In this document: in pieces, positions 26,020 to 37,615 of the stretch
Position numbering within the stretch: the first letter of the stretch is position 1
Layout of the letters: each line of letters opens with the position of its first letter
DNA from: Harriotta raleighana
Taxonomy: Eukaryota
NCBI GenBank assembly: GCA_050575255.1
Contig: JBNZDD010013693.1
Location: 4,973,522-5,037,521 of the forward strand
Direction of reading: 5' to 3'
DNA: 64,000 bases
The notes under the pieces: model-generated
Seen by the model: the letters and a program-made list of their open reading frames with translations, nothing else
The model's database searches: none
Told to the model about the DNA's origin: nothing
Position numbers and translations under genes: made by a program

Positions 26020-26590
26020 ATTGCATTTATACAGAGTTTTTTATGTTGGGAAGACGTCCCAATCACTGGAGAGTGAAGGGTTTACATCCGTGCTGTAGGC
26101 TGGAGGGTCAAGAGGGGTGGAGCACAGGGGAGGTGGAGACAGGAAGATAACTGCAGGCATGGCTGAATAGGATATTCTTGTGACGGGGCTGGAAGGAGGC
26201 AAGTGAGAGATGGATTTTCTTCCTCTGAGTGATGAGGAACCAGTGAAGACTGGGCGTTTTGCAGGAGAGGACAGGAGCTGCAGAATTCTGACTAATCTGC
26301 AGCTCGTGAAGAGAAGTCCAGAGAGCAGGGAGTTAGTATAGTCAAGCCTGGACATACTGAAAGCGTGGATGAGGTTCTCGGCAGCCTGAGATAGTGATGA
26401 AAGTGGACAAGGGTGTGATGGGGAACACAGAACGGATCACGGCATGGATGTGGAGTTTGAAAGGTAGTTGAGGGGCGACCCCAAGGTTTTGTACTGGATC
26501 GATCAGTTTTCTGGGGCAAATCTTCCAAACCTTCCTGAGTGGCATCGGGAAAGTGTTTGATCTAATGCCATCGGAGGACAAACATTCATC
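26020..26590 (-). mobile_element. L2 LINE fragment in MYOG intron 2
   Basis: SRLDYTNSLLSGL and VQNLGV motifs. Confidence 0.75.
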
Positions 26591-26795
26591 AGTCAGTCTT
26601 CAGCCAGTGGCTATTGCTGCAATCTGCAATCTGGAGAGATGGTCAGAGCCGGACTGGCTGCTTCATATTTTGATGAAAAACCACTTTGGGACTTTTACAT
26701 TAACTTTCACTATCCACTGCTATCTTATGTACAGTCTTGTTCCACAACCCTTGCTTCTTCCATCAAATGATTGTTATTGAAATGTGGCTGTACAT

Positions 26796-27430
26796 AATAA
26801 TGATGATAGTAATCCTTGCATTTGATATGGTGCTTTTTCACGTCTTTGAGACGAATATTCTGTAAAGTGAATGGACTGTATATTTGTGCGTTAAATTCGG
26901 CAGCCAATTACGCACAGCAGTGTCTCACAAAATCGTCGATTGAAATGACCAGTTTATTATTGGTTTTTTTAGGGATTATTATCAGGCATATGGAGTAAAG
27001 AAACTTGCCCAAGAATTTGCTCTGGCCCGGAAATGAACCTAGGTCTCTCACTTGCAAGGCAAGTGCTCTAACCACTGAGCTATAGTTTTCTACAGCATTG
27101 AACTACAGGACTCTACATATATAATGCACAATAATAATCATTGCATTTCGATATAACATTTTTCACATCTTCTAGACATTTCAAAGCGGTTCATAGAATA
27201 TAGTTTAAAGTGAATTACTGTATATATATATATATATATATTGTGGATGAAACTCTGCATCCAATTGCGCACAGTAGTGTCCCCACAAACAGTTGTGGAT
27301 TGAAATCACCAATTTTAAAAAAAAATGTGGTATTATTTCCAGGTGTATTCAAGGTTTTACCCTGCCTGGAATTAAACCCAAGTATCTCGCTTGTAAGGCG
27401 AGTGCTCAAACCACTGAAATACTGGACTCC
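26796..27430 (-). mobile_element. Two tandem tRNA/Deu SINEs in MYOG intron 2 (26796-27083, 27131-27430)
   Basis: Reverse-complement full-length matches. Confidence 0.88.
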
Positions 27431-27783
27431 ATAACCCACTAGGTATGTAAAGTGCTGCAGAATTCAACAAAAGGTAGACAAATGGGTAGACATGTATTTG
27501 GCAGCACTTATACAGCGATAGAATGGTATTTATGATAGTGAACCATTGATTGTCAACGTACCATATTCTTGTTACTTTCCACAATGTCACCACAGTAATT
27601 ATCGGAGTTACCATCAGTAATGATCAGAATTGTCCATTTCAACCAAAAGCAAATAGTTGCAGAGTAAATGTAATTATGAAGTGTGGGATTCAGAATGAAT
27701 CACAAGATGTCACTTTATAGTCAAGATCGTGTTATTTCATAGTTAAAAAAATCCACTATAGTCCTGTGTTTTTGTAACCATGA

Positions 27784-28063
27784 AATAATAATAATCCTTG
27801 CATTTGATATAGCGCTTTTCACTATACGTCTCAAAATGCTTCACAGCATATACAGTACTGTAAAATGAATTGACTGTATATTTTTGGGCAAATTGCGGCA
27901 GCCAATTGCGCACAACGGTCATGGAATGAGTAACCAAATTTTTATTTGGTTTTTTTGAGGGATTATTATCAGGTGTGTGGAGTAAGGAAACTTGCCTAAG
28001 GTTTCGACCTGTCGGAAATCAAACTCCCGCTTGGGAGGCGAGTGCTCTAACCGCTGAGCTACA
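27784..28063 (-). mobile_element. tRNA/Deu SINE in MYOG intron 2
   Basis: Reverse-complement match. Confidence 0.85.
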
Positions 28064-28184
28064 CCACACAAAATAAAGCGTTAAACAAAACATAATCTCA
28101 AGCATCAAGCTCGCCAATATTGTGGTTTCCCATTTGACTGCCCCTCCCCCACCCTCACCGCACCCACTCGCTCATTGGACCTAC

Positions 28185-28284
28185 CTCTGGGGTTGCTGTA
28201 GGGCGGGTGATAATGCTCAGGTGCGCTACTCCACTCTGGACTGCAGGAGGCGCTGCTTGATCCACACTCACTGGGAACAACAAC
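28185..28284 (-). CDS. MYOG: Myogenin exon 2 VVVPSECGSSSASCSPEWSSAPEHYHPPYSNPR
   Basis: ttacag acceptor and G|GTAGGT donor, phase 0-1. Carries the VPSECxSxSASCSPEW myogenin motif. Confidence 0.96.
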
Positions 28285-29562
28285 CTGTAACCAGAGTATG
28301 GAAAGATTACCATTTATAGTGAAAGGCAAATTCCCCTTCACTCTACACTACTCTGCCATATACTTTGGCAATATAGCAACCGTGCCTGGCAATGGAATGT
28401 CGGGATCGAGCCAGCCCTGTGCGGTGGTCTCTGTAGTCCAGTTGCTAATCCAGGCAGGTCTCTGGTATTCCTGGGCATACCAGGGAATCATCCCACTCAG
28501 CTCCTGTTAACCCTGCAAGCCGAAGCCCTAAGAGGTAGTGTAGTCCTCACTGGACAAGCGGGAAAGCTTGCCGGGCAGCTGTGCAGTTTTAGTTACACGC
28601 CAGCAGTTACCCCCAACGCACACTCTGGGGTCCCCAAGACTTGGCTCTTCACAACCTGCACCTAATACCTTCCTGGATTAGATAAATCCTCCCGATATGC
28701 AAGGCGCTCTAAAAATGTTGTTGTTGTTGTTTCCCTCCGAGGGGAGAGTGCACATTCAATTTTCATGTGTAGGTGGAATGCATGGTAATCTCAACTTGGT
28801 TTGGATATTCTTGAAATCAGTGATGGGTTTCCACATGCATCAAACACTTGGTTAAACCCCACCCAACCACCTTCCCCCCCAAAAAAAATCTACCTGAAAG
28901 GCTCATCTCGTAAGGTTTATTGTTATTATTATCTATTTGATCAATCTCCTTTAGATACTCTTAAAAAAAACCCTGACTGAAAGTCTCAGGTAAATGCTTG
29001 AACAGCCAGAAGATGACCTGTGAAGACTTAATCACTTATTTTACTGGTAATTTATATTTTGCCACAGAACACTGCACGTTAGAGTGATTCATGTGAAGTG
29101 CTTTTTGGTGTGAATGTGAAAGGTGATGCACCAAAGTTTAAGGATGATTATAACTTGGTCTCAAGTTATATGTTTAATAAGAATAATAATCCTTGCATTT
29201 GATATAGCGCTTTTCATGTGCTTCACAGAACATACTGTAAAGTGAATTGAGTGTATATTTTGTGGGCGCAGCAGCCAATTGTGCACAGAGGTGTCCCACA
29301 AACAGTTGTGGATTTTTGTCCTCTTAGCTTTTCGTTCCATTTTATAACCTCAACAAACCTTCCCCCCACCAAAAAAAACCCATATGTTTTACATATAATT
29401 GGAAATTTCACAAATTATAATTTTGAAGCATTTTGTCAAATGATGAAATATTGTAGTTGAATATTTTCTGTTCACATCAACCATTTGCGCCAATATTAAT
29501 CACTTTGTTTCCTTGACAAAGTTGGGAGTAATCGTGGCTGGAATCTCAACGGGAGCGTTGGC

Positions 29563-29660
29563 TTATTGCTGGAGACAATTTCCTCTGACCCTCGACAGTA
29601 TGTTCTCCAGGATAGTGATCTGCCCAATGAGAGATGTCAAAGTGGACAGTGAGCCTAGAG
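29563..29660 (-). CDS. Candidate alternative terminal exon in MYOG intron 1: xLGSLSTLTSLIGQITILENILSRVRGNCLQQ*
   Basis: Strong pyrimidine tract and cag. The phase-1 reading resembles MRF helix III. No transcript evidence. Confidence 0.35.
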
Positions 29661-29689
29661 CTGGGAGAGGGGGGAGGCTGTTCTACACA

Positions 29690-30180
29690 CTATCTGTGTG
29701 TGTGTGCACTGTGACCCTGGCTGGTCAGCAGGTTAATATACAACAACTACAACAAAATTACATTTGTATAGCCTATACAGACAGGGTGTGTGTGTGTGAG
29801 TGTGTGTGTGTGTCTGTATGTGCACTATGACCCATTGCTGGTGAACAGGTTAATATACACATACTGTATGCGTGTTTGTGTGTGTGTAGTGCGACCCTGG
29901 CTTGTAAGGTTAATGTTCAGACAGTGTGTGTCTGTGTGTTTGTGTGCGTGTGTGTATGCACTGTGAGTAGGTAAATGTACACACTATGTGTGTCTATGTA
30001 ACGTGATCCTGGCTGGTGAGCAGATTAATGTACAGTCCATGTGTGTGTGTGTGTTGTAGCTCTGGGCTGGTGAGCAGGTTGATGTACTGTGTATCTTTGC
30101 GTGTGTGTGTGTGGGTGCTGGAGTGGTGAGCAGGTTGATGTGCACATCGTGTGATGTCCTGGCTATGGGTATGGCTGTGG
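29690..30180. repeat. Minisatellite in MYOG intron 1: about 7-8 degenerate 45-65-nt units (cctggctggtgagcaggttaatgtaca + (TG)n)
   Basis: Unit core visible near 29715, 29835, 29895, 29962, 30008, 30063 and 30120. Confidence 0.85.
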
Positions 30181-30191
30181 CTGGTACTTGC

Positions 30192-30641
30192 CCCAGTCCC
30201 GGTGTAGGCTGTATCCTGGTTCAGGCTGAGCAGACCCTGGAGTCTGGCGATGTAGTGGATGGCGCTGCGCAGGATCTCCACCTTGGGCAGCCTTTGGCTC
30301 GGATTCAATAAAGTGCTGCGCTTCAGAGCCTCGAAAGCCTCGTTGACTTTCTTGAGCCTTCGCTTTTCCCGCAGTGTGGCTGCCCTCCTCCTGTCCCCGC
30401 TCACCGCCTTGCGCTTACAGGTGCCGCACGCCCACAGCAGGCACTGCCCCGGGAGGTGCTGCCCTGGGCCGTGGGGGGGTACAGGCTCTACCACAGCCAG
30501 TGCCCGGGGGTCTGGGCAGCCCCCCAAACCCCCACACAGGCCCCCGCCCTCACAGCTCTGCAGCCGTGGGGGGAATAAGTTCTCACTGTCCATAAAGCGG
30601 GGCTCAGTCAAGTAATAAGGGTTGGTTTCGAAAAGCTCCAT
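30192..30641 (-). CDS. MYOG: Myogenin exon 1 ([10 protein letters not shown]... His/Cys region [12 protein letters not shown], b[55 protein letters not shown])
   Basis: Myogenin-diagnostic N-terminus and bHLH. 450 nt, phase 0, ending at a GC donor GGG|GCAAGT (3' boundary inferred). Confidence 0.95.
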
Positions 30642-30748
30642 CACTTTGCTTTTCTTTTTCTTTTACTCTCTCTCTTTCTCCCTCTCTCTTTCTCCCTCTC
30701 TCTCTTTCTCTCTCTCGCGGCCAAATGCAGGATGTGTGAAGGACACAA

Positions 30749-30950
30749 CAGTTGTCGAAATTTATATATTTATACCACCCCCCCCCCCCCCCCCCCCACT
30801 CCCTCCCGCTCCACACCCCCTGCCCAGCCTGAGCGCCGATATTTATAGCCGCAGAAACTCGATCCAACTTTCCACGCACCACACACAGGCTGCACGTTTA
30901 TTACAAGTGGTGGCTTCAATATGTAACAGGGAAAGTAGCTTGTCAGCTGG
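30749..30950 (-). promoter_or_regulatory. MYOG: Myogenin proximal promoter: E-box (30749-30754), TATAAA (30761-30774), MEF2-like CTATAAATAT (30839-30848), MEF3/Six-like TCGAGTTTC (30854-30862), upstream E-boxes (30904-30909, 30944-30949)
   Basis: Same motif order as the known vertebrate myogenin promoter (E-box/Pbx-Meis, MEF3, MEF2, TATA, E1). Confidence 0.8.
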
Positions 30951-31207
30951 CTGGACAGTGGGAGATGTGGAGTGTATGTTAGAGACATGTGTAGGGGGTG
31001 GTCCCACTTTCTCCCTCCCTCCCCCCACACCCCCCCCCCACCCTCCCCACCATAATTGATTTTAAATAAATAAGTACATACATAAATAAAAATATGCAAT
31101 TTACTTTACAGTATATTCTGTGAAACACGTTGAGATGCCTAGAAGATGTGAAAAGCAAGGACTATTCCAGCATTACAGTATTATAAAATGTGCTCAAATC
31201 TCTAATG

Positions 31208-31522
31208 GGAGTCCTGTAGCTCAGTGGTTAGATCACTTGCCTTAAAGTGAGAGACCTGTGTTCGAATCCAGGCAGATCAGGGCGAAACCTTGGGCAAGTT
31301 TCCTTACTCCACATGCCTAATAATAATCCCTCCAAAAAAACTCCACAATAATAAAATTGGACATTTCAATCCATGACTGTAGGACACTGCTGTGTGCGTT
31401 TGGCTACTGCGTTTCACCCACATATATACAGTCAATTCAATTTACAGCATATTCTGTGAAGCACATGAGACATCTAGAAGACATAAAAAGCACTATATCA
31501 AAATGCAGTGATTATTTTTATA
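31208..31522 (+). mobile_element. tRNA/Deu SINE about 0.45 kb upstream of the MYOG TATA box
   Basis: ggagtcctgtagctcagtggttagatc head through the tail. Confidence 0.9.
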
Positions 31523-32121
31523 TTAATAGAAATACAGTAGCAGAATGTCACTGACTGACTTTGACTGACTGATGTCAGTAATAATATCTCCCAAGTGTGT
31601 GGCTGGCCTCCAAACATCCCTGGTTTGTCTCGAGGAGGTTGACACAATCACACAGAGGTCATTCTCATCCCAGCTCGGGGGGTATATCAGCTTTATTTCC
31701 CTCCTCACCCACCCACCTGGCCGCAGCTTCACACCAGCCAAAAAGAAAGGTTTCTAACCTCGGATGAAACCAACCCTCCGTCCCCTGCCATAACTCGCTG
31801 AAGGTTGGCATTCATTCCTGTGGGGATTAGCCAGCCGCGATGTATGGCTTGGTGTCAAGTTAAACAGTGATGGATGGTCACGAATGTTAACCAGCACAAA
31901 GCTTCCATTGTGCCTTTTACTAAGGATGAACGTGTTGTAATCAGTCAGACGGATTGCTCCTGTCCTCTCTCGTGGCGCTACTGTTTTTCTTTGCAGGCAG
32001 CCCCTAAATGTACTTTAAAGAAAGGGAGCGATTCCTCCCCCAAAAAACACACACATTAAATGTGCTCTCTCAAACCTCACCACTATTTGTGGGACACTGC
32101 TGTGCATAATTAGCCGCCATA

Positions 32122-32394
32122 TCACATTTTCTAGACGTCTCAAAGCGCTTCACAGAATATACTGTAAAGTGAATTGACTGCATATTTGTCGGCGAAATGC
32201 GGCAACTAATTGCGCACAGCAGCGTCCCACAAACAGCCGTGGATTGAATGATCCATTTATTATTGTTTTTTTTCGAGGGATCATTATCCGGCCTGTGGAG
32301 TAAGGAAACTTGCCCATGGTTTCGCCCTGCCTGGAGTCGAACCCAGGTCTCTCACTTGGAAGGCGAGTGCTCTAACCACTGATCTACAAGATTC
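32122..32394 (-). mobile_element. tRNA/Deu SINE
   Basis: Reverse-complement match. Confidence 0.85.
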
Positions 32395-32759
32395 TACAAT
32401 ACATAAACACAATGAGATGTGTCAACGACTTGATAATGCGTTGTATCAAATGCAAGGATTATGATTATTATTATTTCTTCCGATATAATTGCTAACAACC
32501 TGGTCATTTATAATAAATACCTATAAAAAATAATAATCCTTGCATTTGATATAGCACCCTATCACGTTTCAAAGCTGTGAAGTGATTTCATTGTATATTT
32601 TGATGGTAGCCAATTGAAAAAGGCCAATAAACAATCACAATTCACTACATAACACAAGATGCTTCCGTCAAGGGTTATTTTGTCTTTTGACAGTGTTAAA
32701 AAGTCATCAAAACTCTTTGACAAGCTGTGTTTAGAATCATAAAATCTTATAACAAGAAC

Positions 32760-33205
32760 TTGCATTTATATAGCTGGGGGGAGGGGGAGGTGACTGTAGG
32801 TATGGTCAAATAGGAAGATCTTCAGGCGTGACCTGAAGTTGGGAAAGGTGACAAGGCAGAAGGATAGAGGAGAGAGTTCTGGGCTGTAGTGGCTGCAAGC
32901 ATGGTCACTGATGGTGGAAAGTAGCGCACAAGGGACATGCAGAAGGCAGGAGCTAGTTGGGTGGAGGAAGCGTGTTGTGGGTTGGATGGTAAACAGGTCG
33001 GAGAGGTAGGGAGGGACCAGGGGCATGAAGGGATTGAAAGACGAGGATCTTGAAATCGATCCATTCAGTGAGAAGGAACCAGTGAAGCCTGGCTAGAACT
33101 GGTGTGACACAGTTTGGAGTTTAGTGCAGGTGAATATGTGGGCGGCAGAGTTTTGGATCAGGTGGATCTTGTGCAGGTAAAGCTGAGGAGACTGGCGAAG
33201 AGAGC
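32760..33205 (-). mobile_element. L2 LINE 3' fragment
   Basis: PPYLSDL...FRSRLKIFLFDH ORF2 C-terminus. Confidence 0.75.
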
Positions 33206-34359
33206 ATATTTCCTGAGGTGCCTTCTCTCCGATGAGATGTTAACCTGAGGCCCTGCCTGCCAGTTTAAGTGGATGTTAAATCCATTTCATGGTCGTTAAC
33301 ATCATGGCTGTTTATGGGACATTGTTCTGCACAAATTAGCTGCCACGTTTGCCTGCGAGATACAGTCAATAAACTTCACAATACTTTAAATCCATGTCTA
33401 TTTATTGCCTTTGATACACAGTGACCAGAGTTTGCGAAGGAGTCTTTCACGTAGTACTTTGTATTTTACAAAGTATGATAAATTCCAATTGGGCCTAGAT
33501 TTACAAGGTAAATATGATAAATATTTACTCTGTTTTCATAGCATTTTTGAGTTTAGAATTTGGCAATTTCTTAAATAAGTTTGTTTTATGTAAGCTTTTT
33601 TTTAAGCACTTTTTTTAAGTGCTCTGAGAGCACTCCACGGAGTGGAGGGAGCTATATAAATCCAAGTTGTTGTTGATTTGTTTGCTGCAAAATTGAGACT
33701 GATTTCAACAATTTAGCGAATTCTGGACATTCTCAAATACTAAAAATATAGAGTAAATTTGTATCCAGTTTGAATTTTTCGATGTCTATGTAATTTCAAC
33801 AGTTTGGGATGTCCTCCCGGTGTGAAAGGTGCTCTATAAATGTAATTTTGTTGTTGTAATTTATTTTGTGTAATACAAACACTTTTGGCATAGTGCTTCT
33901 TGTTTCCTATATGATGCAATTTCGCTCTACTATCATAAAAATAATTACACGTTTTTCTGATGTAGATAAACTCTCTGTTGATGAAAATAGTCAGATCTGT
34001 AAATCCTATTTCCCCAGCCTTTCAACAAACCCTGTAATACCCTAGTAACGGTCTAGCTCTTGTTTAAACATCCAACCATTCATTTAAAAACAAGGGTTAC
34101 TCAAACAAGGTTAGGATTGGGAGCTCAATTCCTGCCAACAATGTATTGAGCAGGGAGAGGAGAGGGTGGCAGTGTTGATCAAAGACATTGCTCCAGCCCT
34201 GGAAAGGGATGACTACACAGAGAGTTCAATGAAATAAATCTATGTGGTTAGAGCTAAGGAGCAGAAGGGGAACTGTTCCTCTGCTAGGTGTATAGTACAG
34301 ACCATCAAATAGGGGGAAGGAGATGGAGCAAATCCAAGGAGGATTGATTCTAGAAGCGG

Positions 34360-34890
34360 AGAAATCTACAGAGCAGAAGGAAGCCATTTGGCCAATCAAG
34401 CCATCGTCTCTCAAAGAAAGGATATTGCTTCAATCCCACTGCCCCAGTTTATCCCCATTCACTTCAAACCGCGCTCTCCCATACTCCCATCCACTTCCCT
34501 CTTGAAAGCTACAGTGGAATCGGCCTTCACCACCCTACATGGCAGTACCTTCCACATCCCAATTGTTCTCTGGGTGATGATAATTCTCCTAAGTTGTCCA
34601 TTAACTCTCTCTTGTATCTGTGACCCTGAGTTACTGATTCCCAACTAATGGAAGTTACCTCTCTATTTATTCTCACAGAACCCCTCATCATTTTATACAT
34701 CTCAATCAGGTTCCCCCCACCCACACCACTTCGATCTTCTCTGCTCCAAGGAAAACAGACCCAGCTTCTCCAATATCTCCCCATAACTGGGCCCTTGAAA
34801 TTGACCTCTGAAATTGTTTCTGTAAACTTGCCCTTACCCACTCCAAGACATCCTTCTTGCAGTGAGCTGCCTAGAATTGGACACAGAACA
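34360..34890 (-). mobile_element. CR1 LINE 3' fragment
   Basis: NLIEMYKMMRG, QGHRYK and FKREVD remnants, plus gattggccaaatggcttcc terminal motif. Confidence 0.75.
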
Positions 34891-37248
34891 GTACTTGATT
34901 GCTTTGGGTTGAGTGTTTAGTGGACACATAATTGGGTTGCAAGTGCATATCAAGTTGCATTTAAATTAATATCTCTGATATGCTGTTAAAAGAATCTAAA
35001 GTGTTTCTGGGATGTGTTGTAGCTGTAAATTAATACATAACTACCACTCAAAGAATGTCGGATTTGCATTCCTAAAGCATCATCCCTGATGCCTCCAACT
35101 GCTGCTACATTTCTACTTGGGATGACTTCTTAACTTATTGTGGTGAAGTGTTTTATCGCCTCTCCTCTCGTCCCCTCAACTGTCTCCCTATGATGAGCCA
35201 CAGCATTGAACTGACGGGTTGCATGATGACCTCCACCATTGTACGAGGGACTCCTCGGAGTGCCTTGTGATGAACCTACCTCTGATGCAGAGGGTGATGG
35301 CAGAGGCTGATGTTCACACCACACACGTGACACTGCATGGTGTCCAGGGTTTACACTGCAGTAAATGGTGTATTTTATACGGATGACATTCGTTAAAATG
35401 CTTCAAGGTTGTCTCAGGGTGAATAGTCCTTCACTCATCTGGTCATTGAGAGATAATTGTGGAACATATTGGGCTTGGCTACGGAATCTTGTTTTAAATG
35501 TTAAACTATTTTTGTACCGTAGGAATGACTGTGATGTGATTTGTACTATGGAATTTTGTACAGTAAGGAATCAAGCAGCATCTTTGGTGATACCCTGGTG
35601 ATAATGACTTGATTTGGACACAAATGTTAGACGCTGTATTATAGGAAGAAAGTCACAACAGGTCCTAGTTCCTGGTCAGTACTTCCCTGTAGTTGTCACT
35701 TCCAGCACCAACCAGCCTGATGAAGTGCAGAAGCTGTAACTCCAATGTAGTAACAAGGGAACAACTCTCCAACACCGCTTCTACATAGTGTAGTCAGTCG
35801 ACACTTTGTCGACATGATAAGCTCCTAGGAGTCCTGTACCTCAGTGGCTAGAGCCCTCATCTTACAAGCAAATCCAGGCAAGGGCACAACATCGGCCAAG
35901 TTTCTTTGCTCCACATGCCTAATAATAATCTCTCAAAAAAAATTGGGTCATTTCAATCCAAGACTGTTTGTGGTACACTGATAAGCGCAATTGGCTGCCG
36001 CATTTTGCCCACAAATATTCAGTCAATTCACTTTACAGTACATTCTGTGAAGCACTTTAAGACATCTAAAAGATGTGAAAAGCATACATCAAATGCAAGG
36101 ATTATTATTTTTATTGTAGTCTGAACTGGAGCCACAACTAGTGGCCAGTGACACTTTAGCAAGCGTTTACCAGGAGTTGAAATTCTGGTCAGTTTTTTAA
36201 ATATATTTTGGTCTATCAGGCAGATTGGAAACTGACTGGTGATGCAGTTTGCTCCCCTCATTTATTTTCTTCATTTTCAGTACGGTTTTTCTTCGGCCAT
36301 ACCAGACTGACTATTTACTTATTTTTGGACAAAGAAAGAGCAAATTACATTTCTATAGCTTTCCTCACTCATATAGGGTACATTTCGAAGCGTTCGTAAA
36401 GCTTCTCTGTCCCCTCTACAAGGCTCTGATAACCTTCCTAAAGTGTGGTACCCAGAATTGGGACACAATACACCAACAGATGCCTAACCAGCAATTTGTA
36501 AATGTTCAACATACTTCCTTGTTCGTAAACTCTATGACCCTATTTATAAAGCCAAGGATCCTATTTATTTTATTAACTGTTTTAATAGTCCTGCCAACTT
36601 CAAAGATTTTTGTTTGTGAAGCCCCAGGTCTCTCCGTTTCTGCACCCCCTTTAAAATTGTACCATTTATTTTAGATTTCCTCCATTTACTTCTGTAGCTC
36701 AGTAGTAAGAGCACTCTGACAAGCTTGAGATCTGTGTTCAAATCCAGACAGATCATAGCAAAAGTTTTTTTACTCCACCCGCCTAATAATAATCAGTCAA
36801 AACAACCCACATTAATAAAATTTGAATCCACGACTGTTTGTGGGACACTGCTGTGTGCAATTGGCTGCCGCATTTCGCCCACAAATATACAGTCAATTTA
36901 CTTTACAGTATAATCTGCAAAGCTCTTTGAGATGTCGATAAGACATGAAAAGCGCTATATCAATTGCAAGGATTATTATTATTACCTCTATTCATGACTC
37001 CTCCCAAAACCACTTCCTATCTCTCTACATTAAATTTCATCTGCCATGTGTCTGCCCAATTCACAAGGCTGCAGTCTGCTCCTTATCCACTTCACTGTTT
37101 CCATGCTTTGAGCTGCTATCCTCATTTTCTGTCTTCACCAAACCAAAGCCTCCGAACACTCATTTCCTCATCAGATCAAAGAAAAGCTTAAAACCTATGA
37201 ATGATTTTCCTGCATTTCATGAATGGAGCTATCAGCCTGCATAGTGTA

Positions 37249-37615
37249 GTAATAATAATAATAACAATCCCTGCATTAGATATAGTGCTTTTCACGTCTT
37301 ACCGATGTCTCAAAGCGCTTCACAGAATATACTGTAAAGTAAAGTGAAACATGGCAGCCAATTGAGCACAATTGTGTCCCAGTCATGGATTGAAACGACC
37401 AATTTTTATTATTATTGTATTTTTTTTGACGGATTATTATTAGGTGTGTGGAGTAAGGAAACTTGCCCAAGGTTTCACGTCTTACCGATGTCTCAAAGCG
37501 CTTCACAGAATATACTGTAAAGTAAAGTGTAACATGGCAGCCAATTGATCTGCCTGAATTAGAACACAGGTCTCACGCTTGTAAGGTGAGTGCTCTAACC
37601 AATGAACTACTGGAG
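37249..37615 (-). mobile_element. tRNA/Deu SINE with an internal 76-nt templated duplication
   Basis: 37290-37365 is repeated at 37473-37548. Confidence 0.85.

Noticed and set aside
29994-30644. 216-aa ORF as a single-exon myogenin
   Set aside because: Homology ends at ~30192 and the tail is translated minisatellite. Canonical exons 2 and 3 exist downstream.
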